Of a DNA stretch of 64,000 bases, positions 28,353-37,990 are shown piece by piece; position 1 is the first letter of the stretch, and the number at the start of each line of letters is the position of its first letter. This DNA comes from Candidatus Omnitrophota bacterium (GTDB taxonomy: Bacteria > Omnitrophota > Gorgyraeia > Gygaellales > UBA12090). The stretch covers positions 52,018-116,017 of the forward strand of contig JAUSCZ010000033.1 in assembly GCA_030674475.1 (NCBI GenBank). The letters are read 5' to 3'. The notes below the pieces were generated by a model. The model ran no database searches and was not told where the DNA came from. It saw only the letters and a program-made list of their open reading frames with translations. The position numbers and the translations under genes were made by a program.

Positions 28353-28451
28353 TCTATGTAGTGTATGTATAAAGGAATAAGGGGTTATGCCTCAAAACTC
28401 CAAAATAGTCCTTGACGTTGGAATTGATAAGAGATTGGATAAATTGTAAAT

Positions 28452-29732
28452 TTGAGGTCTGACCCTATTAGCTCATTGACTGTTCACATAGGAGAATTAA
28501 ATGTGGCCATATATTTTTTCAATCAATACAGTGCTTTAATTAATGAATTTAACATAGACAATGATAAGGTGGGGCAACAAAAAAAGAAGATTTTTGTTTC
28601 GATGTGGTATGGAGAAGAAAATGATGGCACTAAGCAAGAACAATCGGATCTTTATGACGAATATTTTAAAGGAGCAATCGAGAAAAAAGGAATCTACAAA
28701 GTAATTTCTACAAAGATAAAAGATAATGATAAGGATATTGATATTGATTTTGGTCTGAAATATTTGCTTGAAACCACGATAGCTGATGATACTAGAAAAG
28801 ATGATATAAGTTTTGACATTTTCAGAAAGATTATCGAAGCCAGTCTAATTATTTGTGATGTTACGCCGATTGGAAAAATTCAGGATAAAGAAAAGCCGGT
28901 ATTTTGCGATAATGTCATGGCAGAATTAGGATTAAGCTTAGCATGGAAACTACCCGAACAAGTTATCATCCTTTTTAATATAGAAAATAGTTTTAAATTC
29001 TCCTTGAACGAGCTTCCATTCAATATCAAAGGCTATTTTGTCCACAGATTAGATTTCAATAATCAAAATTTTAAAAAAGACTTATTAAAGATTATTAAAG
29101 TAAGATTTGAAGGCATAAATGAAAAAAAGAGTATTTTTATAAAAAATATAAAGAGCAAGCTTGATCAGGATTCTATTAGCGCTTTAGCGGGACGAAATGG
29201 ATTGATGTTTTTTGATCAGAAAGTAGATGTGCATACGATTCGCTATTTATTATCTCTTGGTATTATACGAACCGAACAATTTCCATCAAGACCTATTAGT
29301 TTTGGATATTGTTTGACCGAAATGGGCAAAGTTGTTCTTACTCAACTCGGTATACAGTTATTTCCAGAAGAATTCATTGATTTTTATTTAGTGCGTTACT
29401 GGGAGGGATATTCTGCTGCGAAGGGTTATGCCCCGCACAATTTTGAAGAAAAGCAGAAAGCTTTCGAAAAAGCTTATGGAATTAAAGATTGGAAAGATAG
29501 TCTACGAATTTTTGTAGAACAAATACTGCAAGAGGTTAAAAAAGTAATTGAAGATGCTCCGACAGTAAAAAGAGGAATAGAAGAGCGTTCTAAGGAAAAA
29601 CAAAATGGATATAGTCATGATTTAGAGATTTTTCCCTATTTCGTTGATTCCTATCCCTTTGAGTTGGTGAATTCAACAGTTTCAAAATGGTTGAAGTTGA
29701 CGCATAATAAGAAGAAAAATGAATCAGCATGA
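28452..29732 (+). CDS. hypothetical protein with N-terminal nucleoside 2-deoxyribosyltransferase/SLOG-like domain
   Basis: IFVSMWYG ... LIICDVTP ... NVMAELGLSLAW...VIIL resembles the N-deoxyribosyltransferase/TIR-like Rossmann signature. Start uncertain: TTG at 28452 or GTG at 28503. Confidence 0.4.
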   Translation: MRSDPISSLTVHIGELNVAIYFFNQYSALINEFNIDNDKVGQQKKKIFVSMWYGEENDGTKQEQSDLYDEYFKGAIEKKGIYKVISTKIKDNDKDIDIDFGLKYLLETTIADDTRKDDISFDIFRKIIEASLIICDVTPIGKIQDKEKPVFCDNVMAELGLSLAWKLPEQVIILFNIENSFKFSLNELPFNIKGYFVHRLDFNNQNFKKDLLKIIKVRFEGINEKKSIFIKNIKSKLDQDSISALAGRNGLMFFDQKVDVHTIRYLLSLGIIRTEQFPSRPISFGYCLTEMGKVVLTQLGIQLFPEEFIDFYLVRYWEGYSAAKGYAPHNFEEKQKAFEKAYGIKDWKDSLRIFVEQILQEVKKVIEDAPTVKRGIEERSKEKQNGYSHDLEIFPYFVDSYPFELVNSTVSKWLKLTHNKKKNESA

Positions 29733-29778
29733 ACCAATTTAAGCGTCTCTACAATGTTACCCTCGGCTGATCCAGGAT

Positions 29779-32064
29779 TTGTTTTTTAAAGGTAAAAAGA
29801 TAATGAGATTATCGGATAACGAAAAAAGAGACGCGATAAAGTTGCTTCAGGAAGGGAAGCCTTTGCCTGATAAATACCGCTTTCTTTTGTTTGCTGATGA
29901 CCGGGAGGTTGAGCTGGTGTGGAATGGGAAGACGCAGGAAGTTTGCAATCTGGTTTTGCCCTTTCAGACTATTGAGCATATTGATGAGCCGAGGAGTGAG
30001 AGAATAAAAAAGGGCGGTTATGTTGGGGATTTGTTTGATCCCTCCGGGCGTCAGATTCGGGGATGGACGAATAAGCTGATATGGGGAGATAACAAGCTGA
30101 TTTTATCGTCTTTAAAGAATGGGCCAATGAGGCGGGAAATTGAAAAACAGGGCGGTTTAAAGCTGATCTATATTGACCCGCCGTTTGACGTGGGAGCGGA
30201 TTTTTCAATGAATGTTGAGATCGGAGACGAATCCTTCACCAAAAAGCCGTCAGTTATTGAAGAGGTAGCTTATCGGGATACCTGGGGGCAAGGTGCGGAT
30301 AGCTTTATTGCTATGATTTACGAGCGGTTGAAGCTCATGCACGGACTTTTGGCGGATGACGGCAGTATTTATGTGCATTGTGATACACGTGTTAGTTCAT
30401 ATATGAAATTAGTACTAGATGATGTGTTTTCCAAAGAAAATTTCATCAATGAAATCATTTGGAAAAGATCAACTGCCCATAGCGACAATAGAGCTTATGG
30501 AAATCTGCATGATACGATTTTCTATTACACAAAAAGCGATGATGCAGTCTTTAATCCCGTTTATGATCCCTATTCGGAAGACTACATTCAAACCTATTAT
30601 CGGCATGATGACGCTAAGGGTAAATTCTTGGATCGAGATTTGTCTGCAAAAGGTTTATCAGGCGGAGGCTATCAGTATGAATGGAAAGGTAAAAATGGAA
30701 TTTGGCGTTGTCCAAAGACCACTATGGAGCGATACGAAGCCGAGGATAAAATATATTACACTTCCAACGGTACACCACGATATAAGCAATATCTAAATGA
30801 GATGCCGGGTATTTCTGCGCAAGACATTTGGACCAATATATTTGCGGTTAATTCACAAGCCAAAGAGCGAATAGACTATCCAACACAAAAACCAGAGACT
30901 CTTCTTGAGCGTATTATCAAAGCGTCTTCCAACGAAGGCGATCTTGTTGCTGATTTCTTTTGTGGTTCCGGCACGACTTTAGCAGTTGCGGAAAAATTGG
31001 GGCGGAAATGGATTGGTGCAGATCTCGGACGTTTTGCTATTCATACATCCCGTAAGCGGTTAATTCAGGTTCAGCGCGAGATGAAAAAAGAGGGTAAGAA
31101 TTTTAGGGCGTTTGAGATTCTTAACCTCGGCAAATATGAGCGGGAGCAATATGTCAATGTTGATGTGGATATCCGGGAGCAGGAAAAACAGCAGATTTTA
31201 GAAAACAAAGAAAAGCAGTTTATTGAACTGATCCTTTCTGCCTATAACGCCCAAGCTGTGGATTCTTACAATTCGTTTGTCGGTAAGAAGCGTGACCGGC
31301 TGGTTGCGGTCGGTCCTGTTGATACGCCGGTATCAGCCGCTTTTGTTGATCAGGCGATTAAGGAAGCTAAGGAGAAAGGAATCACTAAATTTGATGTTCT
31401 CGGTTTTGATTATGAGATGGGGATTGATTTCGCGCAACTTAGCCGCCAGGGCGTTGATGTGCAGTTTAAGGTTATTCCCCGGGAAGTTTTTGACCGCCGC
31501 GCGGTGGAAAAAGGGCAGGTGAAATTCTACGATGTTGCCTACATTGAAGTGAAGCCGATCATCAAAGGGCGGGGGAATAATAAAACGATAGCGGTTGAAC
31601 TGTGCGATTTCAGCGTATTTTATAATCAGGACAGCGTTGAAGAGATAGAGGGATCGCTTAAAGAAGGTTCAAGTAAGATCGTAATTGAGAATGGACAAGT
31701 TATTAAGGTATCCAAAGACAAAAAGACAGCGGTGGTAACTAAAGAAGTTTTGACCAAGAAATGGACGGACTGGGTGGATTACTGGTCGGTTGATTTTAAT
31801 ATGGAGAACAGAAAAGAGATTGTCCGGGTGCCGGTAAATCCCCCCTTGCTCCCCTTTTCCAAAGGGGGGTTGGAATTTGAAGAAAAATGGACTGGCGGGT
31901 ATATATTTGAAAATGAGTGGCAGTCATTCAGGACAAAAAAAGAGAGAAAACTTGAGCTTATATCTGCTGAGAAAGAAGTTTCCCTGGGGCGGCGTAAGAT
32001 TGCCGTTAAGGTGGTTGATATTTTCGGCAATGATACGACAAGAGTAATTGAGGTTAATATATGA
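29779..32064 (+). CDS. mod: type III restriction-modification DNA N6-adenine methyltransferase (Mod)
   Basis: Motif IV IYIDPPF and motif I DFFCGSGTT in the beta-class order. Start may be the ATG at 29803. Confidence 0.85.
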   Translation: MFFKGKKIMRLSDNEKRDAIKLLQEGKPLPDKYRFLLFADDREVELVWNGKTQEVCNLVLPFQTIEHIDEPRSERIKKGGYVGDLFDPSGRQIRGWTNKLIWGDNKLILSSLKNGPMRREIEKQGGLKLIYIDPPFDVGADFSMNVEIGDESFTKKPSVIEEVAYRDTWGQGADSFIAMIYERLKLMHGLLADDGSIYVHCDTRVSSYMKLVLDDVFSKENFINEIIWKRSTAHSDNRAYGNLHDTIFYYTKSDDAVFNPVYDPYSEDYIQTYYRHDDAKGKFLDRDLSAKGLSGGGYQYEWKGKNGIWRCPKTTMERYEAEDKIYYTSNGTPRYKQYLNEMPGISAQDIWTNIFAVNSQAKERIDYPTQKPETLLERIIKASSNEGDLVADFFCGSGTTLAVAEKLGRKWIGADLGRFAIHTSRKRLIQVQREMKKEGKNFRAFEILNLGKYEREQYVNVDVDIREQEKQQILENKEKQFIELILSAYNAQAVDSYNSFVGKKRDRLVAVGPVDTPVSAAFVDQAIKEAKEKGITKFDVLGFDYEMGIDFAQLSRQGVDVQFKVIPREVFDRRAVEKGQVKFYDVAYIEVKPIIKGRGNNKTIAVELCDFSVFYNQDSVEEIEGSLKEGSSKIVIENGQVIKVSKDKKTAVVTKEVLTKKWTDWVDYWSVDFNMENRKEIVRVPVNPPLLPFSKGGLEFEEKWTGGYIFENEWQSFRTKKERKLELISAEKEVSLGRRKIAVKVVDIFGNDTTRVIEVNI

Positions 32065-32165
32065 ATCAATTAAGCAATGACCATTTCGAGGATATCCTCG
32101 AAATGGTAGATAGCAGAAAACATAAAAAAGATTACGAGCAAAAAAAGCAAGAGGTTATTATTTAG

Positions 32166-32963
32166 ATGAAGTGTATCCATATTTATTCAGATGAAAGTCG
32201 GCATAGAAATGAACGATTTTTGCTCCTGGCGGGCTTATGGATTGAGGAATCAAAAATCAAAGCGGCTGAGAATGAAATTACTGCTTTCCGCAAAAAACAC
32301 GGTTTCGTTAATTCTCAAGGGCAGCATGCCGATTTTCTTGGTGAGTTTAAGTGGACAAAGGTTTCTCAGCGTTATTTGCCGGTCTATAAAGAATTGGCTG
32401 ATATAGCGTTTAAATGGATTGCGGAAGATAGAGCTCGTTTTAATGTGATTCTTGTTGACACTCAGGATGCAGCTGTTACGGCGTTCGGAAACATAAAGGA
32501 AGAGGGATATTTTAAGCTTCTTTATCAGCTTTATTACCACAATTCAAAAACTCCTGCTCTATATAAAATCTATCCTGACAGTATCACTAATCCGGTTCAA
32601 GCGCGCGTTAGTCTTGATAAGCTACAGCAGTGTCTTGAAGTGGCCCTGCGCAACAGGTTTCTACCGCTTCTGAACCCCGCGGAGACTCAAGAGCCGGTCT
32701 CTTTTGTGAATAATATTTTACCAATTGATTCAAAGCATGCGCCGTTTATTCAGATTGCCGATGTGATCATGGGCGCGATCGGGTACTTACAAAACGGTTT
32801 GTTTAGAAATCCCGCGGCGAAAAAGGCAAAAGTTGAATTGATGAAATATATTTTTGATAAAATAACTCTATCGGGCGCTATACAGGTGCAAGGAAAGAAA
32901 TACTTTGTCGCGCGGTCAACGAAGTTTAATATATGGTTGTTCCGGCCAAAAAAAACCTCTTAA
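32166..32963 (+). CDS. DUF3800-family protein
   Basis: N-terminal IHIYSDESRH and the overall pattern of DUF3800; located between mod and res. Confidence 0.6.
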   Translation: MKCIHIYSDESRHRNERFLLLAGLWIEESKIKAAENEITAFRKKHGFVNSQGQHADFLGEFKWTKVSQRYLPVYKELADIAFKWIAEDRARFNVILVDTQDAAVTAFGNIKEEGYFKLLYQLYYHNSKTPALYKIYPDSITNPVQARVSLDKLQQCLEVALRNRFLPLLNPAETQEPVSFVNNILPIDSKHAPFIQIADVIMGAIGYLQNGLFRNPAAKKAKVELMKYIFDKITLSGAIQVQGKKYFVARSTKFNIWLFRPKKTS

Positions 32964-33112
32964 AATTTTAAGAGGTTTTTTTGGAGTCCTGGGCCCTGGG
33001 TCAATGCCCCGTGTGACATCAGTCACAGGATACGTGACCCAGTAACTCCAAAAATAGGATATCACAAATCTCGAGTTTGTCAAGGTTTTAGATAGATAGA
33101 GAGAGAAATAAT

Positions 33113-35797
33113 ATGGCATTGCATAAAGATTTTCCTAAGGATAAGTTCGCGATTTTAGAACCGGAGATTCGCTGGTTTCCGGCTGATGAGGCGTTGCGTG
33201 CCCCGGGAGGCTATGAAAAACTGCTCCCGCCTTTTGTGCCGGAATTGAGAAAGCGTGTTAAGGAGTGGCGGGATAAGGGCTACGAGGGGGCGAGCGCGGT
33301 ATCAAAGGCTCTTTTAAGCTGGTGGTTCAAAGAAGAACATCTTGGCTTTGGGGTGGACGGCAACGCGTTTTCATTCCGGTATTATTTTGCCCAGCGTGAG
33401 GCAGTTGAAACTATTATCTGGTTGTATGATGTTGCCGGAGTACGAAACAAATATGACCTTTTGCCGTTTGATTCATTGGGGCGGGTAAGCCCGAATATGT
33501 TTGATGAGGACTGGCTTAGGTTAGTTATTAAGATGGCCACCGGAAGCGGCAAAACAAAGGTAATGAGTTTGCTTCTGGCATGGTCTTATTTTCATAAGCT
33601 CTATGAGCCGGAGTCGGGGCTTTCCCGCAATTTTCTTTTAATTACGCCGAATATTATCGTGCTTGAGCGTATCAAGACCGATTTTGGCGGATTAAAGATA
33701 TTCCATCATGACCCTGTTTTGCCGGATAATGGATATGAAGGTAGAAACTGGCAGGATGATTTTCAGATAACCTTGCATTTACAAGATGATTTGACCGCGA
33801 TTTCTCCTACCGGAAATATTTTTCTTACCAATATACACCGTGTTTATGAGGGCGATGTCAAGGAGTCGTCTTTTAGCGATGGGGATTTGACGGATTATTT
33901 TTTAGGGAAAAAGCCTGTTTCAAAAACAAACGAATCCTTGGTTGAGCTTAGTAATGTGGTCCGGGAAATTGATGAGATCGTTGTTTTTAACGATGAAGCC
34001 CATCACATTCACGATCCCAAGATGGCCTGGTGGACATCAATCCAAGATATAAATAATAAATTGAAACAGAAAGGCAGGCAGATTTCTTTACAGATAGACT
34101 GCACGGCAACGCCAAAACATGATAATGGATCAATCTTCGTGCAGACGATTTCCGATTATCCGCTGGTTGAGGCAATTTATCAAGGGGTGGTTAAGACTCC
34201 CGTGCTTCCGGATCAGGCCAGCCGGGCCAAATTACAGGAAAAACAGAGCGCGCTGTTTACCGAGAAATATGAAGATTATATCAATCTTGGTATCGAAGAA
34301 TGGAAAAAGGCTTCCAAGGAACTTGAACCGACCGGGAAAAAAGCTATTTTGTTTATTATGACCGATGATACAAAAAACTGTGATGAGGTGCAGGCGTATT
34401 TAGAAAAGAATTATTCCGCTTTAAACGGTAAAGTTTTGACTATTCATACGAATAAAAGCGGTGATATATCGGAAAAGGTAACCGGTAAGGCCAAGGAAGA
34501 ATTGGATCGCCTGCGGAAAGAAGCCAATGAAATTGATGGACTGGAAAGCCCTTATCAGGTAATCGTTTCGGTTTTAATGCTCAAGGAAGGATGGGATGTT
34601 AAGAACGTTACCACAATAGTAGGCCTTCGAGCATACGCGGCGGCATCAAACATTTTGCCGGAGCAAACGCTTGGCCGGGGTTTGAGGCGGATGTTTTTCG
34701 GCCAGGAAGATGTGGAAGAATATGTAAGCGTGGTGGGAACGCCGGCATTTATGGATTTTGTGGAGTCAATTAAGGCGGAAGGCGTGGATTTGGAAAAGCG
34801 AAAGATGGACTTAACGACAAAGGCGATTACGCCGACGGTCATTGAAGTTGACCGGGACAATCCCAAAAAAGATATTCAAAGGTTGGATATTGAGCTTCCG
34901 ATTTTAACGCCGAGGATTCAGAGGGAATACAAAGACTTGGCGAGTTTGAATGTAGCAGGTTTTCAGCATGGTAAGTTGAAGGTAAAGACGTTTAGCGAGC
35001 AGGAGCAGCGAGAGATTGTGTTCAAGCACGTGGTTGAAGAAAAGGTTCACCATACGACTATTCTGGAAAGCAATATTGAGCCGAACTATCAGAGCGTGGT
35101 TGGTTTTTTCGCTCAAAGCATTATGCGGGAGCTTCGCCTTTTTGGGTGTTACGACATTTTATTCGGTAAGGTTAAAGAGTTTATTTATTCGCGCCTGTTT
35201 GAAACAGCGGTTGACCTTAATGACAAGAATGTTTTAAGAAACCTTTCAGAAATTGAAGCCATAAAGACAATAATCCAGACTTTTAAGAATGAAATCAACG
35301 CCTTAACGGTGAAGGATGTTGGTGATACCGAGATTAAGAATTATATTAAGGTCAGCAGCAGCCGCCCGTTTGTCGTTAATGACCGGATGTATTTAGTGCC
35401 CAAGAAAAGCGTATTTAACAGAATTGTCGCAGATAATCAGTTTGAGCTTGATTTCGCGGATTTCCTGGAACGATTGGGCGATGATGAAGTTATTTCCTTC
35501 GCGAAGAATTATTATGGAGTGCATTTTAAGATAGACTATAAGAACGCCGACGGGACGATAGCGAATTATTACCCGGACTTCTTTGTTAAAACTGATGAAA
35601 AGACGGTGTATATCGTTGAGACTAAGGGGCGCGAGGATTTGGATGATTCTTTGAAGATTAAAAGGCTTGCTCAATGGTGCGATGACGCGAACGCCCGGCA
35701 GAAAAAGATTACTTATAAAATGCTCTATGTGAAGCAGGAAGTTTGGGAGAAGTATAAGCCTAAGAATTGGAAAGAGCTTATTGTTGCTTGCAATTAA
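33113..35797 (+). CDS. res: type III restriction enzyme Res subunit (SF2 helicase + nuclease)
   Basis: Walker A MATGSGKTKV, DEAH box FNDEAHH, helicase C-terminal motifs; ~890 aa. Confidence 0.85.
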   Translation: MALHKDFPKDKFAILEPEIRWFPADEALRAPGGYEKLLPPFVPELRKRVKEWRDKGYEGASAVSKALLSWWFKEEHLGFGVDGNAFSFRYYFAQREAVETIIWLYDVAGVRNKYDLLPFDSLGRVSPNMFDEDWLRLVIKMATGSGKTKVMSLLLAWSYFHKLYEPESGLSRNFLLITPNIIVLERIKTDFGGLKIFHHDPVLPDNGYEGRNWQDDFQITLHLQDDLTAISPTGNIFLTNIHRVYEGDVKESSFSDGDLTDYFLGKKPVSKTNESLVELSNVVREIDEIVVFNDEAHHIHDPKMAWWTSIQDINNKLKQKGRQISLQIDCTATPKHDNGSIFVQTISDYPLVEAIYQGVVKTPVLPDQASRAKLQEKQSALFTEKYEDYINLGIEEWKKASKELEPTGKKAILFIMTDDTKNCDEVQAYLEKNYSALNGKVLTIHTNKSGDISEKVTGKAKEELDRLRKEANEIDGLESPYQVIVSVLMLKEGWDVKNVTTIVGLRAYAAASNILPEQTLGRGLRRMFFGQEDVEEYVSVVGTPAFMDFVESIKAEGVDLEKRKMDLTTKAITPTVIEVDRDNPKKDIQRLDIELPILTPRIQREYKDLASLNVAGFQHGKLKVKTFSEQEQREIVFKHVVEEKVHHTTILESNIEPNYQSVVGFFAQSIMRELRLFGCYDILFGKVKEFIYSRLFETAVDLNDKNVLRNLSEIEAIKTIIQTFKNEINALTVKDVGDTEIKNYIKVSSSRPFVVNDRMYLVPKKSVFNRIVADNQFELDFADFLERLGDDEVISFAKNYYGVHFKIDYKNADGTIANYYPDFFVKTDEKTVYIVETKGREDLDDSLKIKRLAQWCDDANARQKKITYKMLYVKQEVWEKYKPKNWKELIVACN

Positions 35798-35837
35798 AAG
35801 AAAGTCTGAAGAAGCAACTTGGACAAAGAATTGAAAT

Positions 35838-36632
35838 ATGGATGAAGGAATACTTAGGGTTTTTCAGGGGCGGGAGATTGAGGCGGCGCGCAATCATATA
35901 ATCGGGAAGAGAATCTACAAGTATGATACTGCCGGCTCGACTAATGATTTGGCTTTTCTTAATGCCTTAAAGGGCGAAAAAGAAGGCAGTGTTTTTTGGG
36001 CTCGGGCCCAGACTAAGGGCCGGGGGAGGCTTGGCCGGCGCTGGGTTTCCCATAAGGATAAAGGGCTTTATTTTTCGGTAATCTTAAGGCCGGATATTCA
36101 GCTTAAGGAAGCGCCGAAGATTACCCTCTTGGGCGCCCTGGCTATGTGCCAGGCCTTGCGTAAGTTTTCCGGCCAGCCTTTTTTAATCAAATGGCCCAAC
36201 GACCTGGTTATTGAGGATAAAAAGATCGGCGGGATACTTACCGAGATGGATGCTGAAATCAACAAGGTCCGATTTATCATTATCGGTATCGGCCTGAATA
36301 CCAATCTCGCCCAGGGCGAACTGCCGATTAAGGAAGCAGTGTCTTTAAAGATACTGCTTAAGCAAGAGATAAATCCGGAAGGCCTCTTAAGTGTATGCCT
36401 TAAGGAATTAGACGGTTATTATTATCAATTCCAAAAAGAAGGTTTTTCGGGTATAATTAAAGAAATTAGGAATTTCTCCAGCCTCTGGGGTAAGCAGGTC
36501 AAGGTCAATGGCGTAGACGCGGGCACGGCTATTGACTTTGATGAAGAGGGGGCATTGGTGGCGCGTCAGGCCAGCGGTGTGCGTAAGCATATTTATGCCG
36601 GCGATGTGGAGTTGTTGAGGTCGGGCTTATGA
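35838..36632 (+). CDS. birA: biotin--[acetyl-CoA-carboxylase] ligase (group I, no HTH)
   Basis: QTKGRGRLGRRW motif. Confidence 0.9.
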   Translation: MDEGILRVFQGREIEAARNHIIGKRIYKYDTAGSTNDLAFLNALKGEKEGSVFWARAQTKGRGRLGRRWVSHKDKGLYFSVILRPDIQLKEAPKITLLGALAMCQALRKFSGQPFLIKWPNDLVIEDKKIGGILTEMDAEINKVRFIIIGIGLNTNLAQGELPIKEAVSLKILLKQEINPEGLLSVCLKELDGYYYQFQKEGFSGIIKEIRNFSSLWGKQVKVNGVDAGTAIDFDEEGALVARQASGVRKHIYAGDVELLRSGL

Positions 36633-37390
36633 TTTTAGTTTATGATATAGGAAACACCAATATCACCGCGGGTTTATTCCAAGGGAAGCGGTTAGTTTAT
36701 AAAACTAAATTCCCAACTGCTAAAGTAGGGAACGGTTTAGAACCGTTCCCTACGAGAATTGCCTTTTCTCAAATAAAGGCGATAATTATTTGTAGCGTGG
36801 TTCCCCGGGCACTTACATCTTTAAAGGCCTCTTTTAAAACCTTAAAAAATATCCCGGTCTATTGTTTGGGCAAGAATCTTACTGCCCCAATTAAAAATCT
36901 CTATGCCCGGCCTAAGCAGGTGGGCCAGGACCGCTTAGTCAATGCCTATGCCGCCTCCAGGCTTTACGGCGCGCCTTTAGTGGTTATTGACTTTGGCACG
37001 GCAGTTACTTTGGATGTGATTTCTAAGAACCAGGAGTATCTGGGAGGGATGATCCTTCCCGGATTAGAGCTTTCCTTAGACGCCCTCTCTACGCGCGCCG
37101 CTTTACTGCCTAAAGTAAAATTAGAAAGACCTAAGGAATTTATCGGCCGGGATACTAAAAGCAGTATGCTTAGCGGCGTAGTTTATGGCTTCGCGGCTTT
37201 AATTGATAGTCTAAGCCAAAGGATAAAAAAGGAAATAGGCGATTCGGCCAAAGTCATCGGTACCGGAGGAAACATTAATTTGATGGCTAAATATTGCCAA
37301 AGCTTAGATAAGATTGACCCGGATTTAACCCTCAAAGGCTTGAATTTGGTATTTCGGCATTATGAGGAAAAAAGACCAGAGTTAAATTAA
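36629..37390 (+). CDS. coaX: type III pantothenate kinase
   Basis: MILVYDIGNTNIT start motif; ~250 aa. Confidence 0.9.
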   Translation: MILVYDIGNTNITAGLFQGKRLVYKTKFPTAKVGNGLEPFPTRIAFSQIKAIIICSVVPRALTSLKASFKTLKNIPVYCLGKNLTAPIKNLYARPKQVGQDRLVNAYAASRLYGAPLVVIDFGTAVTLDVISKNQEYLGGMILPGLELSLDALSTRAALLPKVKLERPKEFIGRDTKSSMLSGVVYGFAALIDSLSQRIKKEIGDSAKVIGTGGNINLMAKYCQSLDKIDPDLTLKGLNLVFRHYEEKRPELN

Positions 37391-37637
37391 GTCTGGCGGA
37401 TAATGGTAAAATAGGGTAAAATAATAAAGGTTAAGGCTTAGGTCAAGGCTAAGACAAGCTTAACCTAAACCTTAGCCTCAGCCTTTTCTTTTAACCATTT
37501 GTTAACCGCGGAGGCGCGGAAGATAAGGGAAACAAAAGATTCCGCGGAAACGCAGAAGAAGACTTATTGAATTTCCGCGCTTCAGCGGAGAGTATTTATC
37601 TTAATTCAGCGTTTCAGCGGTTGCAAGGGAGGAAGAT

Positions 37638-37973
37638 ATGGCTATTTCCAGAAAGGGTTTTTTAAAGTTATCGCTAGGAATTGTTTCCGGTCTTTTATTA
37701 GGCGGCGCGGCTAAGGGGGCGAAATCGTTATTGGCCCAGACTGAGACAACAAAAGTAATAGAAACTATGTATAAAGTGGGAGATAAGGTTCTCCAGGCCG
37801 GCAGGTATCAGTGCAGTGTGTGTAAATTTATTGTGGAATACCTGCCTAAGCATATTGAAAATGGAGTAACCTTTGGAATTTGCACGGTTTGTTATTCCGG
37901 AACCGAAAAAGGGCCCAAAAAGCCCAACGAAGAATTTTGGAAATATATTGGACAAGCCGCCAACGGCGGGTAA
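37638..37973 (+). CDS. small secreted 4-Cys (CxxC...CxxC) protein
   Basis: Signal peptide; CSVC...CTVC motifs. Confidence 0.4.
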   Translation: MAISRKGFLKLSLGIVSGLLLGGAAKGAKSLLAQTETTKVIETMYKVGDKVLQAGRYQCSVCKFIVEYLPKHIENGVTFGICTVCYSGTEKGPKKPNEEFWKYIGQAANGG

Positions 37974-37990
37974 ATTAAGAAAGGAAAAAA

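Noticed and set aside
30419-30796. 125-aa + strand ORF inside mod
   Set aside because: Alternative frame within the methyltransferase gene, with no motif or RBS support.
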